From the NCBI GenBank assembly GCA_023249305.1, contig JAHFCU010000004.1, positions 10,399 through 74,398 on the forward strand: a stretch of 64,000 nt of DNA, given 5' to 3'. The number at the start of each line of letters is the position of its first letter. Position 1 is the first letter of the stretch. The notes beneath the pieces were generated by a model. That model saw nothing but the letters and a program-made list of their open reading frames with translations, ran no database searches and was not told the DNA's origin. The translations under genes and the position numbers were made by a program. Shown here piece by piece: positions 29,248 to 37,682 of the stretch. Source of the stretch: Gemmatimonadota bacterium (GTDB lineage Bacteria; Gemmatimonadota; Gemmatimonadetes; Gemmatimonadales; Gemmatimonadaceae).

Positions 29248-30825
29248 ATGAAACTGCTCCGCGGTCTCGTGCTCGCCGGCGTGCTGCTCGTGCCGACGAC
29301 GAGCTGCAAAGTGCAGGACTTCCTCGCCGTCAACAACAACCCAAATGGGCCGAGCTTGGTTGCACCCCAGCTGTCCCTGCCGGCGATGCTCTACTGGATG
29401 AATGTGGCGAATCCGTACGAAGGTCGCTACGTGGGAGAGTACACCCAGATGCACCTGTTCTGTTGCTCGAGCCCGCCGCGCACGTGGACTCGCATGGGGT
29501 ACGATCCAACGAGCGACAACGGTGGCATCCACTGGTACATCACCTACTGGCAGCTCGGGCAGAACCTGGTGGACGCCATCAACAACGCCGAGGCGGGCCA
29601 GCGTTGGGACCTTGCCGGCGTAGCGTACTTCCTGAAAGCGTGGGGTTGGCTATCCGCCACCGGCACCTACGGCGAACTGCCGATCAAGCAAGCCTTTGAC
29701 CAGACGCGGTACTACTTCGACTACGACACGCAGGAGTACGCCTATTCCGAGGTGCTCCGGCTGATCAACGTGTCGATCGCCGACCTGAAGCGCACTGACG
29801 GCATCCAGGACTCCACCACGTGGAGCCGGTACGACAAGGTCTATAGCGGCTCAAAGGCGAAGTGGCTGAAGGCCGCATACGGCCTCAAGGCCATTGCGTT
29901 GAACCACTTCTCCGCGAAGTCCACGTACTCCCCGTCGGCGGTCATCGCCAACGTGGACTCGTCGTTCGTGAGCGCCGCCGACGATTGGCTGCTCCCGTAT
30001 CCCAACACCCAGCCGGGTACGGACGGCAACTTCTGGGGGCCGTCCCGCGGGAACGTCACGTCCATGCGTCAGACCACGTTCATCCTCAACCTGATGAACG
30101 GCACGGTGACGGGCACCGCCGATCCACGTATGACGCGCATGCTCGCGCCATCTCCGGACGGGCTGTATCGCGGCTACGACATCAACGCCACAGCGGCCAT
30201 CTCGCCGTCGACCACGGCGCCGATGAACTTCTATGGCTACACCAGCACCCCGGCCTTGGGCTTGGCGAGCCGCTACATCTTTGACGACAAGACCAAGTTC
30301 CCGCTCATCACGTACGCGGAACTGCAGTTCATCAAGGCCGAGGCGGCGTATCGCGCGGGCGACAAGGCCACGGCACTGACCGCGTACCGGAATGGCATCT
30401 CGACGCACATTGATTTCGTGAACGCACGGAATCTGGACAACGGCCAGTCGCCGATTCAGATCACCGCGGCGGAGAAGAGCGCCTTCCTCGCCGACGTGAA
30501 GATCGTGCCGGCCTCCGCGTCCGGCCTCACCCTCAGCCAGGTCATGATTCAGAAGTACATCGCGCTCTGGGAGTGGGGCTTTGACGAGACCTGGATGGAC
30601 CTGCGGCGGTTCCACTACACCGACATTGATCCGGCGACGGGCACGCAGGTGTATCCCGGATTCGCGATTCCAACGAACCTGTATCCGGACAACGGCAGCA
30701 AGCCGGTGTACCGTATTCGTCCGCGCTACAACTCCGAGTACGTGTGGAACGTTGCCGCGCTCACCGCACTGGGAGCGATGGCGGCGGACTACCACACGAA
30801 GCAGATCTGGATCGTCAACCCATAA
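29248..30825 (+). CDS. SusD/RagB-family nutrient-binding lipoprotein
   Basis: ORF 29182..30825, trimmed to ATG 29248 (MKLLRGLVLAGVLLVPTTSC, with a lipobox). It has TPR-like helical content and F.KAEAAYR-type motifs. It lies immediately downstream of susC. Confidence 0.8.
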   Translation: MKLLRGLVLAGVLLVPTTSCKVQDFLAVNNNPNGPSLVAPQLSLPAMLYWMNVANPYEGRYVGEYTQMHLFCCSSPPRTWTRMGYDPTSDNGGIHWYITYWQLGQNLVDAINNAEAGQRWDLAGVAYFLKAWGWLSATGTYGELPIKQAFDQTRYYFDYDTQEYAYSEVLRLINVSIADLKRTDGIQDSTTWSRYDKVYSGSKAKWLKAAYGLKAIALNHFSAKSTYSPSAVIANVDSSFVSAADDWLLPYPNTQPGTDGNFWGPSRGNVTSMRQTTFILNLMNGTVTGTADPRMTRMLAPSPDGLYRGYDINATAAISPSTTAPMNFYGYTSTPALGLASRYIFDDKTKFPLITYAELQFIKAEAAYRAGDKATALTAYRNGISTHIDFVNARNLDNGQSPIQITAAEKSAFLADVKIVPASASGLTLSQVMIQKYIALWEWGFDETWMDLRRFHYTDIDPATGTQVYPGFAIPTNLYPDNGSKPVYRIRPRYNSEYVWNVAALTALGAMAADYHTKQIWIVNP

Positions 30826-31623
30826 ATGACCATGACCAAACTCAGAACTCTCGCGCTGCTGCTCGGAGCGGCCCTGGTCGCTTCGTGCGGTGACCAGGCG
30901 AATCAGGTGATCGCCGGGCCGGAGCCGAATGCAGTCACGCGCATCCGTTTCTTCAACTTTTCCGTCGGCGGTCCTGGCGTGCACTTCTACGCCAACGACA
31001 CGAAGGTGGCGGGGGCGGCTGAAGTGGGCTTCACGCAGGACCGCTTCCTTGGCACCGCCACGGGCGGCACCGAGTCCATTACGGGCACGGCTTTTGGCGG
31101 TGTGACGTCGGGCGGCTACTACAACTCGATCGCGCCGGGAACGTACACGTTCAATGCGCGCATCGCGGCGACCGTCGACAACGGCCTGAAGATCGCAAAC
31201 ATCGTGAAGGCCATTGAATCGGGCAAGAAGTACTCGGTCTTCCTAAGCGGCGCGTATGACGCGACGGCAAAGACGACCGATGGCTTTGTCGTCGAGGACC
31301 CGTACAGCGAGTCGTACGACTGGAACAACGTCCAGGTGCGCTTCGTGAACACGAGCTACAACTCGTCGCCGATGACCCTGTACGCCAAGAACCAGACGAC
31401 CACCGCGGAAACGGCGGTCGGTGCCGATGTGGCGTACAAGGGCGCCGGCGCGTACGTGACGCTGGCTGCGGGTACGTACGATTTCCGAGCCTATGTCAGC
31501 GCCTCGGCCACGAACCCGTTCACGCGCACGGCCGTCTCGCTCACCGCGGGCAGGATCTACACGATCTCGACTCGCGGCAGTGCGACGACGGGGCAGTTCC
31601 TCGATAATACCGCGAACAGGTAG
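30826..31623 (+). CDS. DUF4397-like lipoprotein
   Basis: 265 aa. The lipobox is LLGAALVASC. It has repeated VRF(F/V)N.S ... Y ... motifs typical of DUF4397. Its start abuts the susD stop. Confidence 0.65.
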   Translation: MTMTKLRTLALLLGAALVASCGDQANQVIAGPEPNAVTRIRFFNFSVGGPGVHFYANDTKVAGAAEVGFTQDRFLGTATGGTESITGTAFGGVTSGGYYNSIAPGTYTFNARIAATVDNGLKIANIVKAIESGKKYSVFLSGAYDATAKTTDGFVVEDPYSESYDWNNVQVRFVNTSYNSSPMTLYAKNQTTTAETAVGADVAYKGAGAYVTLAAGTYDFRAYVSASATNPFTRTAVSLTAGRIYTISTRGSATTGQFLDNTANR

Positions 31624-31624
31624 G

Positions 31625-31790
31625 GTGATGCAGGACTTGGATTCAGGATTGCGATAGTGGGTTTGGATTCAGGATCGCGATAGACGATGGTTGGTGCGAT
31701 GGGGGGCTCCGCGAGGGGTCCCCCATCGTGCATCGAAATCAGTTATCCTAATCCTGAGTCGCAATCCTGAATCCAAATCCTCAATCGTCC
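31625..31790. repeat. composite low-GC intergenic repeat element (two direct and one inverted copy of TTGGATTCAGGATTGCGA around a GC hairpin)
   Basis: Copies lie at 31637-31654 (+), 31663-31680 (+, 1 mismatch) and 31759-31776 (-, identical). The central hairpin spans 31697-31728, with a 14-bp stem including G-U pairs and a GCGA loop. Confidence 0.8.
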
Positions 31791-31791
31791 G

Positions 31792-33033
31792 TTGAGCCGC
31801 ATCCTCCTCGTCGACGCCGACGCCTTCTTCGTCGCCGTGGCCCGCGCGGTGGATCCCGCGGGCGCCGGCGTGGCACGGCTGCTGATCGTCGGCGGCCGTC
31901 CGGGATCGCGCGGCGTCGTCTGCTCGGCGAGCTACGAGACGCGCGCCTTCGGCGTGCGCAGCGGCATGCCCATCTCGCAGGCGATGCGCCTCTGCCCGCA
32001 GGCGATGTGCGTGCCGGTGCCGCGCACGGCGTGCAGCGACACGAGCCGCGCCATCCGGCACGTCCTCGACCAGTTCACGCCCGTGGTCGAGGCGGCGAGC
32101 ATCGACGAGTGGTACCTCGACCTTTCGGGCACCGAGGCCCTCTACGGCCACGAGCCCGTCGCCGTAACGGCGCGGCGCATCCGCGACACCGTCGTCGCGA
32201 AGACGGGTATGCGCGTCTCGATTGGTGTCGGCCCCAACAAGCTCGTAGCCAAGCTCGCCGCGGAGCGGGCCAAGCCCAAACCGGGGACGCAGGCCACGGG
32301 CGTGCACGTCGTCGGGCAGGCGGATGTTGCCGCATTCATGGCCACGCTCGAACTCGGCGACATCCCAAGCATCGGCCCCAAACTGCAGGAGAAACTGAAG
32401 AAGGTCGGGTTGGTCGGCGTGCGTGACGTGCTCGAGGCGGATCCGGAGAACCTCGCGCGTTGGCTCGGGCGCGAGACGGCCTACCGTGTGCTCAGCAAGT
32501 CGCGCGGCGAGAGCCAAGCGGCGGTGGAACCGCACGCACCGGTCAAGCAGGTGAGCCGAGAGGAGACGTTTGATCGCGATGTCGCTGACGCGGCCGCGCT
32601 GCGTCACGAACTTCTCCTGCTCTCGCACCGCGTGGCCGCTGACCTGCGCCACGACGGTCTGGAAGCGCACACGGTGACCGTCAAGGTGCGCGACCAACGT
32701 TTCGTGACGCGCACGATCAGCCGCACGTTCGACGAGCCCATCTCGTCCGACGCCGCGGTTGCCGCCGCAGCCCGCGACCTGCTGCGCGAGCTGCGCACCG
32801 GCTGGACGATCCCGGTGCGGCTCGCGGGGGTCGCCCTCTCGCGGTTCACTCCGGCACGGGACGCCGAGCAGCTCACGATGTTCGATGCGGCCAAGTCCGT
32901 GGAGACGCCGCGCGACCGGGCGCTATCGCGCGCGGTGGATCGCGTCCGCGAGAAATTCGGCGACGCGTCTATCCGTGCCGGCGCGCCGCGGGCCACTCCG
33001 TTGGGCGAGAAGGGCGCGCGGAAGCCGCGCTGA
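31792..33033 (+). CDS. dinB: DNA polymerase IV (Y-family translesion polymerase)
   Basis: 413 aa with a TTG start. The sequence reads ILLVDADAFFVAVARAVDP ... CSASYETRAFGVRSGMP ... SIDEWYLDLSG ... RVSIGVGPNKLVAKLAA. Confidence 0.9.
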   Translation: MSRILLVDADAFFVAVARAVDPAGAGVARLLIVGGRPGSRGVVCSASYETRAFGVRSGMPISQAMRLCPQAMCVPVPRTACSDTSRAIRHVLDQFTPVVEAASIDEWYLDLSGTEALYGHEPVAVTARRIRDTVVAKTGMRVSIGVGPNKLVAKLAAERAKPKPGTQATGVHVVGQADVAAFMATLELGDIPSIGPKLQEKLKKVGLVGVRDVLEADPENLARWLGRETAYRVLSKSRGESQAAVEPHAPVKQVSREETFDRDVADAAALRHELLLLSHRVAADLRHDGLEAHTVTVKVRDQRFVTRTISRTFDEPISSDAAVAAAARDLLRELRTGWTIPVRLAGVALSRFTPARDAEQLTMFDAAKSVETPRDRALSRAVDRVREKFGDASIRAGAPRATPLGEKGARKPR

Positions 33034-33089
33034 CGAGGGGCCGCGAGCGCGTAGCGCGCCCAGCGCACGGCACGCATCTTCCATGCGCC

Positions 33090-33602
33090 ATGTCCACTCG
33101 TGCTTCTCGCCTCGTGCCGGCGGCCGCCGCGGCCGCGCTGGTACTCGCCGCGTGCAGCGGTGACAAGTCGCCGACCGACACTAACCCTCCGCCGACGACG
33201 ACGGCCAACACTGTTTCCTTCGGCACTGCCAAGGCGACGGTGGCCATCGCCGAGTCATGTGCGTCGCGCGGACACGGGTTGATGGGCGTCACGCGGATGG
33301 CTGCAGACAGTGGAATGCTCTTCGTCTTCGCATACGACAGCTACCGGCAATTCTATATGAAGGATACGCCGATTCCACTCTCCATTGCGTTTCTCGATCT
33401 CAACAAGAAGGTCGTCTTCCTCGCCGACATGGCGCCCAACGACTCGATCGCCCGCTACGGCGGGCTGAGTTCCCCGCAAATGCGCTACGCGCTCGAGATG
33501 AACCAGGGGTGGTTTGCGTCGCACGGCGTCACGGTCGGGACGTACGGCTCCTTCACCGTGCCCAGCGGGCTCGTCATCGAGAATGATTGCTTTGTGCCTT
33601 GA
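33090..33602 (+). CDS. DUF192-domain lipoprotein
   Basis: 170 aa. The lipobox is LVLAAC. The sequence GLMGV..M..DSGMLFVF......FYMKDT.IPLSIAFLD is typical of DUF192/COG1430. Confidence 0.7.
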   Translation: MSTRASRLVPAAAAAALVLAACSGDKSPTDTNPPPTTTANTVSFGTAKATVAIAESCASRGHGLMGVTRMAADSGMLFVFAYDSYRQFYMKDTPIPLSIAFLDLNKKVVFLADMAPNDSIARYGGLSSPQMRYALEMNQGWFASHGVTVGTYGSFTVPSGLVIENDCFVP

Positions 33603-33643
33603 CCTCTCATCGGCCCCTTTTCCCGATTCACCCCGAGTTCGCC

Positions 33644-35194
33644 ATGTATTCGTTGCTTCCGCTGCTGCTCGCCCTCGTCGCCGCCCGCGCCGATTCCGTT
33701 GACATCCTGATCAAGGGTGGCGCGGTGTACGACGGCTCGGGCAAACCCGCGGTGGTGACCGACGTCGGCCTGCGCGGCGACCGCATCGTCTTCATCGGCG
33801 ATGCGGCGAAGGCCAAGCTGAAGGCCGGCCAGGTCATCGATGCAAAGGGACTCATCGTCGCGCCGGGGTTCATCAACCCTCATTCGCACTCGATGGAAGG
33901 CGTCGAGCGCTTCAACGATGAGCGCCGGAAGAACATCCCCGAACTGATGCAGGGTATCACCACCGTCACCAACGGCCCGGACGGTCGTGGCCCCTACGAC
34001 GTGGCGCGCATCCAGGGCGAAACTGAGAAGAAGGGACTCGGCACCAACACGTTTGCGCTGGTGGGCTTTGGCACGGTGAAGAGCAAGGTGACGGGCAGCT
34101 CCTCGGCGCCGGCGACGATCGCGCAGGTGGACAGCATGCGCAAGCTCATTGACAAGGGGATGCGCGAGGGGGCGTTCGGCGTCGGCGCGGGGCTGTTCTA
34201 CGCACCGCAAAGCTACGCCTCCACCGAGGAGGCCATCGCCGTCATCTCCGCGGCCAAGCCCTACGGCGGCATTTACGATTCGCACCAGCGTGACGAGAGT
34301 TCGTATACCATCGGGCTTATGAACTCGACGCGCGAGGCGATCCGCATTGGGCGCGAGTCGGGGCTCGTCACCAACATCGGCCATGTGAAGGCACTCGGCG
34401 TGGACGTGTGGGGCTATGCCGACAGCGTCCTGCGGTTGATGCGCCAGGAGCGAGCCACGGGGCACATGGTCGTGGCCGACCAGTATCCATGGACGGCGAG
34501 CGGAACGGGGCTGAGCGCGGCCCTGCTGCCGCGGTGGGTGCAGGCGGGCGGGCGTGACTCGATGCTCGCGCGCATCGCCGATCCGGCGTTGAAGACGAAA
34601 ATGCTCGCCGAGATGCGCGACAACCTGCGCCGCCGCGGCGGCGACAGCACGCTGCGGCTGATCAACGGCGGCGAGAACGCCAAGCCGTACATCGGCAGGA
34701 CGCTCAAGCAGGTGGCGGCCGAGAAGGGGACGCCGGCCGTGGAGACCGCCCTGGAATTGATCCGCACGGGAGTCGACATGGGGGTCGCCTCGTTCAACAT
34801 GACCGAGGCGGACATCGAGACGTTCATGAAGGATCCATACGTGATGACGAGTTCGGACGGGTCGGGTGGCCACCCGCGGCTGTACGGCACGTATCCGCGC
34901 AAGATCCGGCGCTACGTGCTCGACAAGCCGGTGATCACGATGCAGCGCATGGTGCAGTCGTCGTCGGCGCAGGTCGCCGACGTGTACGGCCTCACGGAAC
35001 GTGGGTGGCTGAAGACTGGGTACTTTGCCGACGTCATCATCTTCGACCCAAAGACGATTCGCGAACTAGCCACGTACGAGGAGCCGGAGAAGCTGAGCGT
35101 CGGCATGCGTTGGGTGTTCGTGAATGGCAAGGCAGCGGTGGCGGACGGGCAGCCGACGGGGGTGATGGCTGGGAAGGCCTTGCGAAAGAGATAA
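33644..35194 (+). CDS. N-acyl-D-amino-acid deacylase (D-aminoacylase) family amidohydrolase, secreted
   Basis: ORF 33587..35194, trimmed to ATG 33644. It has a signal peptide, then ILIKGGAVYDGSG ... GLIVAPGFINPHSH (HxH metal site) ... SDG. Confidence 0.8.
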   Translation: MYSLLPLLLALVAARADSVDILIKGGAVYDGSGKPAVVTDVGLRGDRIVFIGDAAKAKLKAGQVIDAKGLIVAPGFINPHSHSMEGVERFNDERRKNIPELMQGITTVTNGPDGRGPYDVARIQGETEKKGLGTNTFALVGFGTVKSKVTGSSSAPATIAQVDSMRKLIDKGMREGAFGVGAGLFYAPQSYASTEEAIAVISAAKPYGGIYDSHQRDESSYTIGLMNSTREAIRIGRESGLVTNIGHVKALGVDVWGYADSVLRLMRQERATGHMVVADQYPWTASGTGLSAALLPRWVQAGGRDSMLARIADPALKTKMLAEMRDNLRRRGGDSTLRLINGGENAKPYIGRTLKQVAAEKGTPAVETALELIRTGVDMGVASFNMTEADIETFMKDPYVMTSSDGSGGHPRLYGTYPRKIRRYVLDKPVITMQRMVQSSSAQVADVYGLTERGWLKTGYFADVIIFDPKTIRELATYEEPEKLSVGMRWVFVNGKAAVADGQPTGVMAGKALRKR

Positions 35195-35253
35195 AGGATA
35201 TGGATTCAGGATTACGATAGAGGATTGGGATTGAGGATTTCGATTTTCGATTG
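35195..35253. repeat. copy of the GGATTCAGGAT repeat family followed by degenerate GGATT/CGATT units
   Basis: 35200-35217 ATGGATTCAGGATTACGA has 2 mismatches to the 31.6-kb copies. It is followed by AGGATTGGGATTGAGGATTTCGATTTTCGATTG. Confidence 0.7.
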
Positions 35254-35274
35254 CTCACCACCTTCCTGCTCATC

Positions 35275-36822
35275 ATGCGTTACCGCTTGCGTTTCCTGCT
35301 CATCGCGGTTTTCACTTCTCTCGCTGCGTCCCTGCACGCTCAATCCGCCCGCGACCAGGTGCGCGCGTGGCGCGAGACGCGTGAACCGCAGATTGTCCGC
35401 GAGTACGCGGAGTTTCTCGCAATCCCGAACACGAAGAACGACGGCTCGGCGCTGCGGCGCAACGCGGCGGCCATCGTCGGGATGCTGCAGAAGCGCGGCG
35501 TCATAGCGCGCCTGCTCGAGAACGCGCCGTGGCCGCCGGCCGTCTTCGGCGAACTGCGCGCGCCGGGCGCGAGGCGCACGATCGTGATCTACGCCCACTA
35601 TGACGGCCAGCCGGTGGACGCGAGCGAGTGGCGCGGCGGCGCGCCATTCGCGGCCCAGCTCCGCGAACTGCGCGGCGTCGACTGGGTCGACGTGCCGATT
35701 CCGGACCGCGGCCGGCTCAATCCCGAGGCACGCATCTTCGCGCGCGGCGCCGGCGACGACAAGGCGCCGATCATCGCCATCATGAACGCGCTCGACGCCC
35801 TGAAGGCCGCCGGCAAGCAGCCCACGATCAACATGAAGTTCGTCTTCGAGGGCGAGGAAGAATCGGGGTCCGCGCATCTGCCGCTGATACTTGAGGCGAA
35901 CCGCGCGCTGCTCAACGCCGACGCGTGGCTCTTCTGCGACGGACCCACGCACCAGAGCCGACAGATGCAAGTCGCGTTCGGTGCGCGCGGCTCGATGGGG
36001 CTCGAGCTCACGGTGTATGGCCCGTCGCACGCACTGCACAGCGGACACTACGGCAACTGGGCACCGAACCCTGGTATGCTCCTCACCGAGCTCGTCTCCT
36101 CGCTGCGTGACGTGGACGGGCGGATCTTGGTGAAAGGGTACTACGACGACGTCGTGCCGCCCACGGCGAGGGAACTCGCCGCCGTACGCGCGCTGCCACC
36201 CGTGGATTCGGCACTGCGCCGCGAACTGCTGCTCAACGGGACCGAAGCCAACGATGCGCTGCTCGCCGAACGCATCATGCTGCCGGGCCTGAACGTGCGC
36301 GGGATGCGCGTGGGTCAGGTGGAAGGACTCGCCGCGAACGCCATTGCCACGGATGCCAAGGCGTCGTTCGACTTCCGGCTCGTGCCCAAGCAGACGCCCG
36401 CGCGGGTGCGAGAACTGGTCGAAACGCACCTGCGTGCGCACGGGTGGTTCATTACGCACACGGCAGCAACGGACGCCGAGCGGCTCACGCATCGCAAGGT
36501 GGTGCGCCTGTCGTGGGGCGCTGGCGATGAGGCGACGCGCGTCAGCCTCGACCAGCCGATCTCGCAGGCGCTCACCGCCACGCTCGACGAGATGCTCGGC
36601 CAGCGGGTACTGCGTGTGCCCACGCTCGGCGGTTCCCTGCCTACGAGCATGATCGAACACGCGCTGGGCGTGCCGCTGGTGATCTTCCCGATCGCGAATC
36701 ACGACGACAATCAGCACGCCAAGGACGAGAACTTGCGCCTGCAGAATCTGTGGGACGGCATCGAGGCGTATGCGGCCATCATGACGCGACTGGATGCACA
36801 CTGGCCGAAAGTCACCCCGTGA
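35275..36822 (+). CDS. M20-family metallopeptidase (dipeptidase-like), secreted
   Basis: ORF 35251..36822, trimmed to ATG 35275. It has a signal peptide, then VIYAHYDGQPV ... ARGAGDDKAPI ... FEGEEESGS. Confidence 0.8.
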   Translation: MRYRLRFLLIAVFTSLAASLHAQSARDQVRAWRETREPQIVREYAEFLAIPNTKNDGSALRRNAAAIVGMLQKRGVIARLLENAPWPPAVFGELRAPGARRTIVIYAHYDGQPVDASEWRGGAPFAAQLRELRGVDWVDVPIPDRGRLNPEARIFARGAGDDKAPIIAIMNALDALKAAGKQPTINMKFVFEGEEESGSAHLPLILEANRALLNADAWLFCDGPTHQSRQMQVAFGARGSMGLELTVYGPSHALHSGHYGNWAPNPGMLLTELVSSLRDVDGRILVKGYYDDVVPPTARELAAVRALPPVDSALRRELLLNGTEANDALLAERIMLPGLNVRGMRVGQVEGLAANAIATDAKASFDFRLVPKQTPARVRELVETHLRAHGWFITHTAATDAERLTHRKVVRLSWGAGDEATRVSLDQPISQALTATLDEMLGQRVLRVPTLGGSLPTSMIEHALGVPLVIFPIANHDDNQHAKDENLRLQNLWDGIEAYAAIMTRLDAHWPKVTP

Positions 36823-37181
36823 TGACCGAGCCGGAGTCCGACGGCGTTTCACCTCTCGACGCGGATGAGTTTCTGCAGCGCGTGCGCGGAGACATCGCGC
36901 TCGCTGGGGCAATGGCTCAGCTGTTCTGCAGCGAGTACCCACGGCAGCTCGATGTCGTCCGTCGTGCAATCGCGACGAACGACGCGAGCGCCGTTGAGCA
37001 GGCGGCCCATGCGCTGCGGGGTGCGGTGATGAACTTCTCCGCCGAGCCGGCGGCGCGGGAGGCGGCACGACTGGAAGTGATGGGGCGAACGGGCGATCTT
37101 ACAGGCGCCGTCGCCGCGCTGCGCGCGCTGGAGGCGGAGCTCGACCGGTTGGCCCTCGCCCTGCGGGAGATGACGTCATGA
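36822..37181 (+). CDS. Hpt (histidine phosphotransfer) domain protein
   Basis: ORF 36750..37181, trimmed to ATG 36822, which overlaps the M20 stop by 1 nt. The Hpt signature AAHALRGAVMNFSA is present, and the protein is all-helical. Confidence 0.65.
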   Translation: MTEPESDGVSPLDADEFLQRVRGDIALAGAMAQLFCSEYPRQLDVVRRAIATNDASAVEQAAHALRGAVMNFSAEPAAREAARLEVMGRTGDLTGAVAALRALEAELDRLALALREMTS

Positions 37182-37645
37182 AGCGGCGCTATACGGTGCT
37201 CCTCGCCGACGATGATAAGGTGCAGACGGCGATGCTCTCATCGCAGCTGCGCACGCGGGGATATTCGGTGGCGGCCGCGTATGACGCCACGTATACCTCG
37301 ATGGTCGTGATGAAGAGCCCGCCCGACGTGGTCGTGCTTGACATTCAGATGCCTGGGGGCACGGGCCGAGCCGTGCTCGGGCGCCTCAAGGCAAATGCGA
37401 AGACGATGCAGATTCCCATCATCGTCCTCAGCGGCATCGCGGACCGTCGCGTGATCGAGGAAGCCCGCGGCCTCGGCGCGTGCGACTACCTCGTGAAGCC
37501 GGTGGACATTGACACGCTCGAGGCGTCGATCCGGCGTGCACTCGGCCTGCCTGAGTCCACGCCGTCGAGCGAGCCGCCGAAAGACACCACGACGGAACCA
37601 CCGTCAGGCGCGCCGGCTCCTCCATCGCCGCCTGTGGCGCCCTGA
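37178..37645 (+). CDS. response regulator, receiver domain only (Pro-rich tail)
   Basis: 155 aa. The sequence reads VLLADDD ... VVVLDIQMPGGTG ... IPIIVLSG ... DYLVKP. There is an ATGA overlap with the Hpt gene. Confidence 0.85.
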   Translation: MKRRYTVLLADDDKVQTAMLSSQLRTRGYSVAAAYDATYTSMVVMKSPPDVVVLDIQMPGGTGRAVLGRLKANAKTMQIPIIVLSGIADRRVIEEARGLGACDYLVKPVDIDTLEASIRRALGLPESTPSSEPPKDTTTEPPSGAPAPPSPPVAP

Positions 37646-37682
37646 CCAAACGCCCGCGCGATTCGCCGCGGGCGATTCCATT

